A stretch of DNA of 64,000 nucleotides from Octopus sinensis (GCF_006345805.1 NC_043000.1:107260001-107324000); one strand, 5' to 3'. Positions 1-12,855 are shown, numbered from the stretch's first letter. Notes: generated from the sequence alone by a model not told the origin. Numbers and translations: made by a program.

Positions 1-13
1 TCTGCCTTCGTTA

Positions 14-390
14 ATTTCTGTAAAAAATTTTTATTTATTTACTTTATGTTCTAAGGTGAAAGAGATGAGAAAATGAGAGATGTATGAACGTGTATACGAA
101 ATGGCCGTCTGTATGTGAGAGAGGAAGAGTGAAAGATAGAGAGTGATTCAAGGAGTGTGTTGTCATGTATACGTACAGACATCAATGCATATGCATACAT
201 CTTTTTTGTATGTACATGCGTGCATATGTGAGAGAAAGAGTGCGAATAAACGTGTGTTCTCATATATGTGTAAGTGGAACTCTCTCTCTCACACACGTCC
301 ACTTCTTATATACATGTTCATACATTTTACACTTTCTCCTCGCTTTCACTTTAAAACAAAAGTTAATGAATAAAAACTTTTTACAAAAAT
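14..390. mobile_element. Degenerate foldback/MITE-like element with ~110-bp inverted arms
   Basis: 14-125 is the diverged reverse complement of 280-390. Related sequence recurs at ~955-1130. Confidence 0.55.
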
Positions 391-756
391 AAAAAGCTGA
401 TCCAGATGACAGTTGGTTGACACCATTGAGAGTTATTAGACAACCGCTGCTTATTATCTACCAAATAATTTGTTTTTCACTCAACTCTTTTTAACAACTA
501 AAATAACCTCAGCCCCAACGCGGGTCGGACAATTTATAGGTCATTTTCGGACATTTCAATTTGTTTCTAATGTTTCAATTTCGTCTGAAGTTCCACGCAT
601 GTGTAGAATTCTACTCGGACAAACATTTATGAAAATGTACACATAAATATTGCATTAAAATAAGCCACAACCAAGAAAATTTCATTAAAAGACATCAATT
701 TCTCTCTCTGTTATGAGGAAAGAGTCTCTCTCTCACGCACAAAAAGATATATGTAT

Positions 757-831
757 AGGTAAAGAATATGCACACTAGGCGTTTAGGGTTAGGGTTACAC
801 CGAAAACAGGTGGTGTACATATTCTTTACCT
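757..831. repeat. Small inverted repeat enclosing telomere-like TTAGGG units
   Basis: AGGTAAAGAATATG-CACAC ... GTGTACATATTCTTTACCT arms. The loop contains TTTAGGGTTAGGGTTA. Confidence 0.7.
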
Positions 832-2238
832 CCGCCTATTTATGTATGTGTATATGAAAGATGAGTCTGTGTGTGAGAGATAAACAAATAGATAGCAAGT
901 GTCACACATACATGCAAAAACATCATACATCACAAAACACACCTCCACTCACTGTTTCTCTCTCTCTCACACATACACACACATGTCCATTTCATATACA
1001 CGTACATCTTTCACTTTCTCTCCTCTTTTACTTACTCCTCTCACTTCAAAACAAATGTCGCTTTTTCACTTTATCCTCTCTTGCAATTTCTGCTCTCTTC
1101 AAAGTATAAAGAAATTAAAAGAATTTTATGGAAATTAATGAACAATCATACAATCCCATAGATGTCGAGTTGACAACTTTGCTTCTTCAAACTTCCTTTG
1201 ACGCATGCACACACCACACTCTAGGTAAAACTGTGCAAATTATGTTATTTCTTGCAGTGTGCACAAGCAAATTTAAAGCTCAAATCCAAATGAAATGATC
1301 TTTTTCTATTATGTAATTTGAATTTGTGATGAGAGTATTTAAAAACCTGATCTTCAATATAAATTTAAAAGAAAGTTGTCCCAGAAATCCTGTCCTTTAC
1401 CTATTCTTTCTAGCATGTCCAACGTGACATTTCGGCTCCGTTGCCTTATTTTTTCCCAAAATTTCTTCCAATTCCTGTTTGCAATACAAGACATTAGGAC
1501 TTCACTGACAAAACATGTTCTCAATATTTTAATTTTCTCCTTCTCCACACCAAATTCATTTTTCACTTTTTTCAAATATTTTTTCTTGGTAATCCATGGA
1601 GGTAAAAGAACAGAGAGTACGAATCTTTAAGAATTTCACCCATCACCTCACCACTTTCAAAAAGCTACATACTTCTAATGTTTCATTTTTAGCTTTTTGG
1701 AAAGCGGGTAAGTTTCTTCAGAAACTGTCATTTTACCTGTTGTTTCTAGCACATCAGGTTTTCTGGTGGTGGTCTGGTATTTTTTAAGTTTGCTATTTCA
1801 ATAGAATTCTACACATGCTGGAAACAGACAAGTGAAAGTGAGTAGGTGATGGACGGGTGAGGTGGGGGAAGGGGCACTGAGTGTTTCTTTAGGAAAATAT
1901 ATGTATTTCCCAGATTCGTAATCTCTGTATTTTATACGTAGATTTAAAAAATCGAAAATGTTACAAATTAAGTAATTGCGGTGAGGATAGGGGGGGGATT
2001 AACATTTTGAAAACGGGATTTCTGGACAAAATCACATTAACCCCCTTTTATACGATGAAACAAATAATACATCGTTTGTGATTCTTCTTAAGAACAGAAA
2101 GCACTCTCATGCAAAATATACTCTCCCCCTTCATTTTTAAACAAACAATAACTTCCATGCCATTAACTACATATCAGCTGTGTCGATTCTGCCTATAAGA
2201 AAGGAGAAAATAATAGAATGTGCTTGTAGGGCATAACA

Positions 2239-2266
2239 CCCGGGCAACGCCGGGATGCATTGCTGG
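2239..2266 (+). mobile_element. Helitron 3' terminus
   Basis: CCCGG-GCAACG-CCGGG hairpin followed by CTGG|T (CTRR then T). Same motif as the Helitron ends at 22489 and 55475. Confidence 0.7.
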
Positions 2267-3064
2267 TGTGTGTGTGTGTGTGTGAATATATACATTGGAA
2301 CTATGATTAGTACAACTTCCATAGAAATAAGAGGAAAATATTTTACTACGCTTAACGTGAAAGTGTTTTAAGGCTTCTTATTCATTATTTTATTAATAAA
2401 TGCCTTATTTTTTTATGCTTGAGGTAAAAAGAAAAATAACTGGAATTTTGGAATAGCTATCACTATCCCATGGAGAAGGAAAAGGGCATGGAACTAGATT
2501 TTTCTCCCTCCAACATTTTTTTCCTTTTGCCCAGTTTTAAAATTCTCGTGTTTTCATAGATGGGAATTACGATTCTGACATTTTTTGCCCGCCAAAATTT
2601 TAATTTTTTACCACCCACCCCCCTACTGTTCCCTTTTTCTTTTCCTTCATTGTAGGTGGTGATAGCTATTCCAAAATTTCGCTAAAAACAGTTTAATGCT
2701 CCTAAAACCCCTGCAAAAGTTATAATAAAAACGTTAATTTTCTATATAGTAAATTGTTCAATTCTTGCAAATAAAACCTAATCACTTTTGGAAATGTTTC
2801 TGTATCAGAGATAATACATTTAAGATTATAATGTCGAAAGTATCTAGACATTTTTTACTTCCAGTGTTGCTCGCCGTTTTGATCACCTACTTAAATGCAT
2901 TCCCATTTTGCGATAATGTGCCGGTTATAAGAATAAAATTTCTGATTTTAACAATGTCATTAACTCCAACATAGGCACCACTAATCAAACTTGTGAAATA
3001 CACTCCAGTTTTTACCATCCAGATTAAGTTGCTTTTACTAGCAGCTCTTTCAAATTACGACTCC

Positions 3065-3565
3065 CAACCGCATGATTCCAGGTTTAGCCCCATTACGTGT
3101 CACCTTGGGAAGTTTCTTCTACTATAGCCATGGGCCGACCAAAGCCTTGTGAATGGACTTGGTTGAAGGAAACTCAAAGAAACCCATCATATATGTATAT
3201 ATATCTATGTTTGTATGTCTTTGTGTTAGTGTTTGTCCTTCACCACTGCTTGACAATCGGGACTGGTGTGTTTATGTCCCTGTGACTTAGCGGTTCGGCA
3301 AAATGCACCGACAGAATAAGTACCAGGTTTTAAAAAAAGCATTCTTTGACGTCGGTCTACAGTGCTGATGTGAGGAGATAACGTCATTCATCATCTTTTT
3401 CAGCTAATGGAAGGTTATGTGACTGAACGAATGATGTGTACCACTCTCGAAAGATTGCCCTTTAAAATTAAAAAAAAATTGTACTGGGATCGATTCGTTC
3501 AACTAAACTTTTTCAAGGCGATGCCTTGGCATTGCTGCAATTTGATGACTGAAACAACTAGAGGA
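3065..3565 (+). mobile_element. tRNA-derived SINE family 1, 5'-truncated, with ~125-bp insertion
   Basis: Matches the copies at 12448, 28555 and 38574. Foreign segment at ~3338-3462. Confidence 0.8.
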
Positions 3566-3947
3566 TAAAATATCCAATTAGCAGTACCTGGTCTACAAAA
3601 TCTGAAGGCAGCCACACCACACTTGTGAGTAGATCGTTAAATAGTTTCTGATTTAGGCACAAGGCAATTGAGAATAATTATTACACTGATCCAGTATTTG
3701 TTTTAATTATATTTTATCCAACCCTGGGAGAGCAACAAGCAAAACTGACTTTGGTAGGATTTGAACTGAGAACGTAAAGTGCCAAGCTGTTGAAGTCATA
3801 ATGTAAAGAGCAGACTGAGATTGTTAAAAATGGAAGCATCAAATATAAGTTAGGGAAAAACCTAGTAAAGGTTTTGAAGGACATTTTAAACATATTTGGA
3901 AAGTCTTCTTGGTCAAACTAAAGCGTTTGACTCAAGCAAAAAGAAAA

Positions 3948-5165
3948 AAAATAGTGCAATAGACGTACAACATGTAGTAAACGAATATGGGGGAAAAAAG
4001 CACGCTGGCGAACAGGTGGGGGCGGGGAGAGGACTCGGAAAATTCACATCAGGAATATTCTGAGTCCTCTCACCACTTCCCTGTCAGTCGTGGAAATGTT
4101 TTCTTGATATTCGTTTACTACACATTATTTTACACATATTACACTATTCTTTTTTTCAATTCTTGTGACGGGGGTAGGTGGATAATTCACACGATCCAGT
4201 AACCCCACTTCGACACCCAGTCACAAAAATGAAAACAAGGATAGTGTAATAGGTGTAAAACAACATGTAGTAAACGAATACGAAAAAAAAAAAAATATGC
4301 GCGCTGGCGAACGGGAAATTCGCACGATCAATCTCACAGGATCCGAAACTCATTGTTAATACCCGGCCACAAAAATGGGGAAAAAATAGCGTAATAGGTG
4401 TAAAACAGCATGTAGTAAACGAATATGAAAAAAATGTGCGCTGGTAAATTGGGGGTGGGGGAGATGACTCGGAAAATTCACATCGAGAATGTTCCGAGTC
4501 GCCTCACGAGAGCCAAGAAACAAAATAAATATAGTGTAATAGGTGTAAAACAACTTGCTCTAAACGAATATGAAAAAAAAACGAGCGCTTGCGAAAGGGG
4601 GGTGGGGGAGAGGCCTCGAAAAATTCACATCGTCAAAACATGGCCGGTAAACGGATCTTTTAGGTTTGAACGGCAGTTTTTCTAGCGGTGTCATATGAAA
4701 TTGTCACCCATAATTATAACCCTAGTATCGATCTATTGCATTTCAATCTAGTTTAGGGTTAGGGGTGGAGGAAAGGGTATCTTTTTTTCTTCACAAATGT
4801 AAATAAACCCAGTCGTTTCTTAAACGAGGGACATATTCATACGGCACAGAATGTTCTTTTTACTGCAATAGAGGTAGTGATTGGTTGAAATTGCAGGAAA
4901 AAAAAACAACAAATATCTTACAAACGATAGAATTTTCTCAATAAACCCAAGAGAAAATGATGTTTTATAAACACATTCTACCAGTATTCGAAGTTTAAAA
5001 TTTTTTAGTTACCTAGAAATTATGTTAAAAACTGCCGTTCAAACCGAAAAGATCCCGCTAAACTAGTGTTATTGATGTAAAACAACTTGCTCTAAACAAA
5101 TATGAAGAAAAAACGTGCGCTCGCGAAAGCGGGTAGGGGAGAGGCCTCGGAAAATTCACAGAAAG
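3948..5165. repeat. Array of ~100-150-bp units (AATAGTGTAATAGGTGTAAAACAACATGTAGTAAACGAATA...GGAAAATTCACATC), one unit inverted
   Basis: Direct units near 3950, 4225, 4380, 4530 and 5065. Inverted unit at ~4095-4175. Confidence 0.8.
4653..5055. mobile_element. MITE with ~28-bp TIRs and 8-bp TSD (Merlin-like signature)
   Basis: GGATCTTTT(A/C)GGTTTGAACGGCAGTTTT ... AAAACTGCCGTTCAAACCGAAAAGATCC. Flanks CGGTAAAC / CGCTAAAC. Superfamily inferred from GG termini plus 8-bp TSD. Confidence 0.85.
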
Positions 5166-5894
5166 TTTTTGTCGAATACTTAATTCTCAACGTAACGTTA
5201 TAAAATATGTGCATATATACGACGAGCTTCTCGTCTACTTACAAGGTATTGGGATCGGGGCTATATGGAAGGCACCACGTAGTGGAACTGAACCCTAAAC
5301 CACAGTTACAAAGCGAATTTTTAACCGCACAGCCATGCCTGTATTCCACAATAAATTACCCGGTTCTGAACACTCTCCCATCTAGTTTTTAAAAGTTATT
5401 ATAGGAATGTTATGCTTTTAGTTCTAACAAAATAATTTTAGATGCTAATTACATGTACCTTTAGATGTTTTGGCTGAATATTTTTGTTTAAATATATTCA
5501 AATTTAATTATACGTATGGTTTTAATACATAAAATTTAACATCGTAAATATTAATGAAGCGCTCGCATAAGATGCATTAAAATAATTCACTCAAGTTAAT
5601 CGACGCTTGTGCAGGCGCGAGGCTTAGTGATTAGGGGTGTTCGTAAGATGGCATTTTCAATTACTGGACTGGGTGACGCGTTGTGTTCTTGAACAGTCCA
5701 CTAAATTAGCAAAATGAGTAATCCTGCGACGGACCAGCATCCCACCCGCGTGAAAAATATATGCGCCATGTAAACTGGCCCTATGAATCTATAACTCAGG
5801 AACGAACTAAACTTACCACTAATAGGCAATTTAAGGTATTCAGATGAAACTTTAATGTGGTTTGTAAAACATACTGTCAATAAATACATGTGGA

Positions 5895-6101
5895 AAAACG
5901 ACAGAGAGCGCGATTGTATGAGGGAAGTTCTTGTGAAGTTGGCGGGAATCGCAAGAATTGATGTACGCGTGAGAGCACGCGTGCATGTGTGTGTGAGAGA
6001 GAGAGTGTTTGATGGGGTGGCGTGACAGAAAGTGTGGTAAGTGAAGTGCTTTTGTTAGTGTGTGTGAAGAGACAGAGAGAGTAATGTTGCTGCTGTGTGT
6101 T

Positions 6102-6132
<31 letters not shown>

Positions 6133-6150
6133 TAACTGAAAATTTTTTAT
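5895..6150. repeat. Dispersed repeat shared with 9900-10130, 10560-10740 and 13110-13310
   Basis: Shared GTGTTTGATGGGGTG...AAGTGAAGTGCTT...GTGTGTGAAGAGACAGAGAGAGTAATG block. Confidence 0.75.
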
Positions 6151-8360
6151 TCCCTTTTTGTCGTGAGTGAATGACAGAGAAAAGGAGAGAGATGGTTATG
6201 TATGTATGGCTTCGGAGTAACTCATGAGAGTCAACGGCCATACAATAAATGTCTTAAGGCTGTATCATGCGCGGGGATATAGAAATAATCGGACTGAATA
6301 CCCGATCGCGCGGTTAAACCATTGGGAGTGAAGGACTCCTAGCCTTTGTTAGGGCATCCTTCTAGAAGGAAACTCAGGTAACTGGGATAACTCCGACATA
6401 AAACCTGCGGCTCAGTGGTTACCGATGATGTTGACTTGTTCTTCTTTTCGGATTATGGCTGTTGTTGCTTAGTGAGTGAGATTGACTAAGTGCACAGCCT
6501 TTCCTCACTTTAAAAAAAATCTTGCACAGGCATTGCACGATAACAACATTGATTAAGCTTCGTGCAATGGCCATACTCGATAACGAGGGGGCAGCCACCA
6601 TGGCTTCGGTGACACACACACAAAAACACACACCTACGTACACCTATTGCATACCTTTTTGTACATATACATGTACGTGTAAGAGAGGGAGAGAGAGAGA
6701 GAGATGGCAAGTTTTTTGTTTTTGCTTGTTTGCATATATGTTTATGTAACAGTATGCTATGTAGAAAATGAGGTTGACTCAATGGAATAATGACAGTGGT
6801 CGAAGTTATAAACTATATTTTTTTTATTTAACCGTTACATGTGCCTTCTCAACTGCTACTGTGCAGCCTTAGTTTTCTACTTGTCCTGTTTTCATCATTA
6901 TGGCATCAGGCAAGGGACTGATAGAGTAATGTCTGTTGATGCGACGATGGTGAAATACTAAGAGAAAGATGGAGAGTTATAAAGTGTGGAGGAGATATCC
7001 TTCTCATGAGAAAAGAGTTGCATGCAAAGGAAAAAAAAGTTAAGAGTCTATAGATGTGCACAGAAACTGGGTGCAAGCATGCCTGTATGCCTGTGTAAGC
7101 ATTGTATTGTGCAGAAAAAGGAATGAACAGTACAAAATGAGTAACGAAAAGGACAAAACCTGGTTGGTAATAGTGTCCTGTGAAAGGTTTATGCTAAAAA
7201 GTGAGAAACGGTTAGTTCTCTTGGTCGGATAGCTGTTCTAAATGTTGCATTTAGGTATGGCAACTGTTTCCCTAGTGGATCTGTGCATCGGGTTGCAGTA
7301 CATTGTCTGCCATGTGGAATGTAATTGGTGTGTGTCCATTGAGTAGGTGACTTCATTCCTTTCGTGTAGTGTGACAATGGAACTGAAAACTATGCGTCGT
7401 GAAACTTCCGAGTCCTGTAATACTTGTTGATGCAACTGGCATGGACTTTGTTTTCAAGAGGTCATGCGATGCAGTAGCAGTAAGTCTTTGAAGTCGAGCT
7501 CACCAAATGTAATGGATAAGGTAACGGAGACTGCAATTCTGTAGCTCGGGGGTCAGCAATTGTGGCAGGCTTGTTGTGTTCGAATCACGTTGTGGGTAAC
7601 CAGTTGTATCGTTGTGGTTGATGTATTCAACCATAACGTCGGTCTGTCACCAATCGTCGTAGCCGTCTCGCCGTGTACCAACCATGTGGCGTGTAATGAC
7701 AAAAACTTTGCTCGCTGATTGTAGTCGACAGCAAGATGTGTTTTGTTATCATTCTGTCAGTAGAGAGAGAAAGAGTAGGTAATGCTAGATGCTGTCAATA
7801 GAGAATGTGAAGGTGGCATTGTCACTTCTTCATTTCGGCCGACTGTAGAAAAAGAGGTATATCACCGCGATAGCTATTGTTTCGTGTGGTGTCCATGTAG
7901 ACCCGGAAAGGTTTTAAGTCAAATGGAAAACACATCAACTGACTTAGCAAAGTAATTCAAAGAACAATGCAGTTTATTCGTTAGCAGAAATTGACCGATT
8001 TAGGTTCGAATTTAATCTATGTCCAAATGAAGTCACTACATATGTATAAGTAGCTAGAGTTCGTTCTAACCTTTTCTCTTATTTCTGTAAAATGCACTTT
8101 TGTTTTGAAATTTGTGGAAGCAAATTTCAGAGAAGGAAATGGAAATATTAATTGTGTGTGGTAGCAATTTGTTTCTTGTTTGTTATTTTAATTTGGTTCA
8201 GACTCTCGATGTAATGATTACCAATTCAAAACCCATTGAAAAAAAAAAAAAAAAAGACGAATAAGAAAATTAAACAGACCAAATTTTGTTTGCGCGGGTT
8301 ATTTCCGTGTGTAGAAGACAATTTTGTAAAGGTATTTTAAAATTCTGAAAATCATACAAA

Positions 8361-9411
8361 TTATAAGGTCTGGAGAAAAGAAATACAAATTACTAAGATG
8401 CAAAAAAAAAATAATAATAATAAATATAAAATTATACAGATTCCCATGAATTTGAGACTAAATTTAACAACAGCACACATTTTATGAACTTCATAAAACA
8501 CATTTTTGAAATCATACAGGATAATACTAATACATTTTATGAAGGTCATACAAGTATTACTGGTGTTGTAACGTCGCCAACAAAATTCATGCAAATATGT
8601 TGAAAACAAATTATCGGACGTTCCATGCATCGTCCGATCATTTGATTTCACGTGACTCCAGATCCCTTCCACAGTGTTTGTGTGGATTGAGGCATCGTTG
8701 GGATCCACAAAGGTGACACTGTGGTTGACAGTGAAATGGTTTGGTAGGCTATTATAGTCTCTCCAGGAATCTGTGATAATCTTAGTTCCTTGCAAAATAT
8801 GGCGGGTAATAATAGGCAACAATGTTGCTGCACTTCTGTTTTCCACAGGAACTAAGACACATCTCAGACTTTCCCGTTCAACCATTCCCAAAACCCAATG
8901 ACCTTCTCGATAACTACCACGATGTTTTCTGTGCATGAACTTGGATATGTCGATCTCTACATCTTCGCCTCCAAGTTGCACAGGTGGTCAAAACACCACA
9001 TAGCACGAACATCGCGGAAGTAATTGTACCAGTTGACAATTGCCTCTGGTCCAATTCCAACTTCACTCATCACAACACTGTTTACATTCAATTTTCGCCC
9101 AGTAATGGCATCAACTCGAGACGAGTCAATGGTAGGTGTGAACCCGAGAAAAACGAGTCTTGCCTAATGCTACGAAATTGCCTGCAAACAGTACACCTCC
9201 ACATTTTCCCATCGGATACTGTATTGCGCGATGCAAGGTACATCCGCTCATTACAGCATTCCGACGAATTGTGGATCAATTCCACAGATGCCAGGAATTG
9301 GTTTGTTGAATCCGCGTTACTCGTTATGACATAAATGTCTCGCAGATTGTGAGATCTTTGAGTTATGTCATCAACGGAAAGGACAGATTCAACAATCCTA
9401 TATCGTCCAGC
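8361..9411 (-). pseudogene. Merlin/IS1595-like (ISXO2-type) DDE transposase, frameshifted
   Basis: N-terminal Zn-ribbon-like CCNERM...WRCTVCRQFRSIRQDSFF. Catalytic core VEID..KF, WVLGMVER, IITDSW, VNHS..FVDP, HTNTVEGIWSHVK, YLHEFCWR is split over two frames. Confidence 0.9.
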
Positions 9412-9738
9412 CATAGTGGGATCTAATGGAAGAGTATATGACGTAATTAACAGGAATTGAGAAACTGTACAGGAGAGTCTGTTGCCAGATAAGTGTGTGT
9501 GTGTGTGTTGTGTGTGTGTGTGCGTGCTTGTGTGTCTGTGTATGCATGTGTGTGTGTGCTTGTGAGTCTGTGTACAGGCGTGTGTGTGTAAAATTTTGTC
9601 TGTGCTTGTGTCTGTGTGTGCAAAACGAAAATAAAATGATTTTAAGTTGCAAATGTCTCTGCACCCAACGGCTTCCTGATTCATACTAACAAGAATTGAA
9701 TTACGGGCCTGTATTTATATAATACATTTCAAAAATAA

Positions 9739-9840
9739 GGTACTACTTGAGAACAGTGGGACCGGTGCGCGTAGTCGCGCATCCGCACCAGCTAGTCGTG
9801 ACTAGTCGATCCTACGACTACCTAGCGAAATAAAACACAA
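9739..9840 (+). mobile_element. Merlin-type terminal repeat (orphan left end)
   Basis: GGTACTACTTGAG...GCTAGTCGTGACTAGTCGATCCTACGACTACCTAGC resembles the reverse complement of 11425-11527. Confidence 0.7.
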
Positions 9841-10015
9841 AATATATAATTTTTTTTACACAAAGTAAATCATTTTGGCGAAGTTTCGCATGTCGTAGCA
9901 CAGATTTCCGTCGATTTCCGTAAAAAACTTTTATTTTTTTACATAAGTAATGAGAGCGAAAGAGACTAAGAGGAAGCGATTTTATGACGAGAAGGTTTCT
10001 CTTTGAAATCGGCCT

Positions 10016-10434
10016 GTGTGTGTTTGATGGGGTGTGGGAGACAGACAGTATGTTGTGTAAGTGAAGTGCTTCTATTAGTGTGTGTGAAGAGACAGAGAGA
10101 GTAATGTGTGAAAGAGAGAGATAACTGATTTTTTACTCGGTGTATGTGTATATGTATGTATGCATGTATGTGTGTGTGTGTGTATGTATCTATGTATGTG
10201 TGTGTGTGTAAGTATGTGTGTGTGTATGTATGTATGTATGGCCGATTCATCGTAATTTTTTACTCGGTGTATGTGTATATGTATGTCTGCATGTATGTGT
10301 GTGTGTGTATGTATCTATGTATGTGTGTATGTGTATGTATGTGTGTATGTATGTATGGTCGATTCAGTGTAATTTTTTACTCGGTGTATGTGTATATGTA
10401 TGTCTGCATGTATGTGTCTGTGTGTATGTATCTA

Positions 10435-10465
<31 letters not shown>

Positions 10466-10647
10466 GTGTGTGTGTATGTATCTATGTATGTGTGTGTGTG
10501 TATGTATGTATGTATGGCCGATTCATCGTAATTTTTTACTCGGTGTATGTGTATATGTATGTCTGTCTCTTCGCACACACTAACAGAAGCACTTCACTTA
10601 CACAACATACTGTCTGTCTCCCACACCCCATCAAACACACACACAAT
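10016..10647. repeat. ~85-bp inverted repeat enclosing a TG/TATG-rich minisatellite
   Basis: 10016-10098 is the reverse complement of 10563-10647. Anchor TACTCGGTGTATGTGTATATGTATGT occurs at 10134, 10261, 10378 and 10537. Confidence 0.85.
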
Positions 10648-10848
10648 CAGATGGAACGCCAGCTTCAAAAGAACTTCCCCGATCCGATCGCGCTCTCTGT
10701 CTCGCTTTTACGCCAACTTGAAAAGACACCCTTCCCCCACCACCACATATATGAAAACAAAGATTTTTTACAGAAAGTGACGATCTTCAAATGTAAACGA
10801 AAGCACGTTCTCCAGTTTGACATAAACGGTACTTATACCGTAATATAA

Positions 10849-11080
10849 GGCAGCGAGCTGGCAGAAACGTTAGCGCGCCGGACGAAATGCTGAGCGGCAT
10901 TTCGTCTGCCGCTACGTTCTGAGTTCAAATTCCGCCGAGGTCGACTTTGCCTTTCATCCTTTCGGGGTCGATAAATTAAGTACCAGTTACGCACTGGGGT
11001 CGATGTAATCGACTTAATACCTATGTCTGTCCTTGTTTGTTCCCTCTGTGTTTAGCCCCTTGTGGGTAATAAAGAAATAG
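10849..11080 (+). mobile_element. SINE family 2, young copy with 17-bp TSD
   Basis: GGCAGCGAGCTGGCAGAAAC...GTTCAAATTCC (B-box-like). Flanks GGTACTTATACCGTAAT / GGTACTTAAACCGTAAT. Confidence 0.9.
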
Positions 11081-11144
11081 GTACTTAAACCGTAATTAAG
11101 TCCCGGGGGGGGGGGGCAAGCACTATCCCTCTTCTCTCGAGTGA

Positions 11145-11860
11145 GCAATGCTGACAGCAGGGTTACCACAGTGGATTTTTATAGCGGGTTGGTAGAGCTT
11201 AAGTCCGACGATAATTGCAGAAAATGTAGGAACAAAAGGATACTACTTAAGAGTGGTCCCGGAGCGCGCACTCGCGAATCCGCGCTAGCTAGTCGATCCT
11301 TACTTTGTGTTTCTGTGTTTTATTTACTTTGTTTAAAAATTTTATTTACTTTGTTTTTGTTTTATTTACTTTTTTTTTTAAATTATCTACTTTGTGTAAA
11401 AAAATTATCTATTTTGAGTTTTATTTACTTTGCTAGGTAGTCGTTGTAGGATCGACTTGTCACGACTAGCTAGCGCGAATAAGTGAGTACGCGAGTGCGC
11501 GCACTGGGACCACTCTTCAGTAGTACCGAACAAAAGAATCTATTAGCTTTCTCTTCTAGGAACAGGTGGTCGCAGCACATTTTTTAACTAAAACAGTATA
11601 CTTCTATTTGTCTTGTATGGTCGCTGAAGAAATGCCATGTAAAAATTAATGTGATGTCCCTTGGTCATCGTCGACAACGACGGGCGAACTAATTTCTCGA
11701 GGAAAATCCCCACCTCGTCAAGGAACGAAATATTTTGAAATAATGAACATACAGTGTTTTTCAGACGCAGAAAACGTTCAGTCAGAGAAGTGCTATTGCA
11801 AAAGATTTTATCGAAGACTTACAAGTGGATGTGTGGAAAATATAATTGGAATTTTGAAAG
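11145..11860 (+). pseudogene. Possible very degenerate Harbinger/PIF transposase fragments
   Basis: NADSRVTTVD and FYRRLTSGCVENIIGILK loosely resemble the DDE_4-family motifs DAxYRFxxVD and FNxRLSxARxxVENxFGxLK. By-eye similarity only. Confidence 0.3.
11238..11527. mobile_element. Merlin-type MITE with perfect 8-bp TSD
   Basis: TIRs GG(A)TACTACT.AAGAGTGGTCCC..GCGCGCACTCGCG. TSD GAACAAAA at 11230-11237 and 11528-11535. Confidence 0.9.
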
Positions 11861-12066
11861 TATCAATAAAATGATAATTTTGAGTCGTTGAAAATGTAAA
11901 ATAAAAAAAAGATTATTTTTAATTGCAGAAAATATAGGAACAATGGAATCTCTTAGCTTTCCCTTCTAGGAACAGGTGGTCGCAGCACATTTTCTAACTA
12001 AAACAGTATGTTTCTATTTGTCTTGTGTGGGCGCTGAAGAAATGTCATGTAAAAATTAATTTGATG
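11536..12066 (+). repeat. Local direct duplication (~150 bp)
   Basis: 11536-11655 (plus ~11215-11237) is repeated at ~11925-12066. Confidence 0.85.
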
Positions 12067-12447
12067 GGAATTATGTCAAGGCAAACACTGGTAACATTGG
12101 ACAGGGCTTAAAGTATTGTTTTTCTGTAAATTCATTTATTTTTTAAACCATATAGTTTTTTACAGAATGGCAAAAGCATAAAAAAATATATAATTTTGGA
12201 GTGAAAAAAATTAATAAACCTGAGGTAAACGATGACAAAGAGATATGTGAAACGAAAAGTAAAGAAAAAAATATTTAATCGTAAAAGATACGAGTGAGTG
12301 AGGAGGTTAGGAATTTTTTAAATGCGAGAAACAAATGATTCAGAATGATGAAATACATGAAAAATAACGAAAAGGAAAACAAAAAAAAAATCATTTAAAT
12401 GATAGCAGCTATTGCTTAAGAACGACTAAGTGGGTGGGACTGAGATA

Positions 12448-12855
12448 TACTCTTTACTCTTTTACTTGTTTCAGTCATTTGACTGCGGCCATGCTGGAGC
12501 ACCACCTTGAATCGAGCAACTCGACCCCGGGACTTATTCTTTGTAAGCCCAGTACTTATTCTATCGGTCTCTTTTGCCGAAACGCTAAGTAACGGGGACA
12601 TAAACACACCAGCATCGGTTGTCAAGCAATGCTAGGGGGACAAACACAGACACACAAACATACACGCACACATATATATATATACATATATACGACGGGC
12701 TTCTTTCAGTTTCCATCTACCAAATCCACTCACAAGGCTTTGGTCGGCCCGAGGCTATAGTAGAAGACACTTGCCCAAGGTGCCACGCAGTGGGACTGAA
12801 CCCGGAACCATGTGGTTGGTAAACAAGCTACTTACCACACAGCCACTCCTGCGCC
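12448..12855 (-). mobile_element. SINE family 1, full length
   Basis: tRNA-like head (GGCGCAGGAGTGGCTGTGTGGT...GGTTCCGGGTTCAGTCCC), central TA/TG tract, AAAAGAGT tail. Confidence 0.92.

Noticed and set aside
1354-1575. Protein-like ORF (NWKKFWEKIRQRSRNVTLDMLERIG)
   Set aside because: It is short, flanked by stops and not assignable. It is probably internal to the Helitron ending at 2266.
6594-6603. Perfect vertebrate Kozak GCCACCATGG (also 61617-61626)
   Set aside because: One is followed by microsatellite-derived codons and the other by a stop after 10 codons. There is no supporting gene structure.
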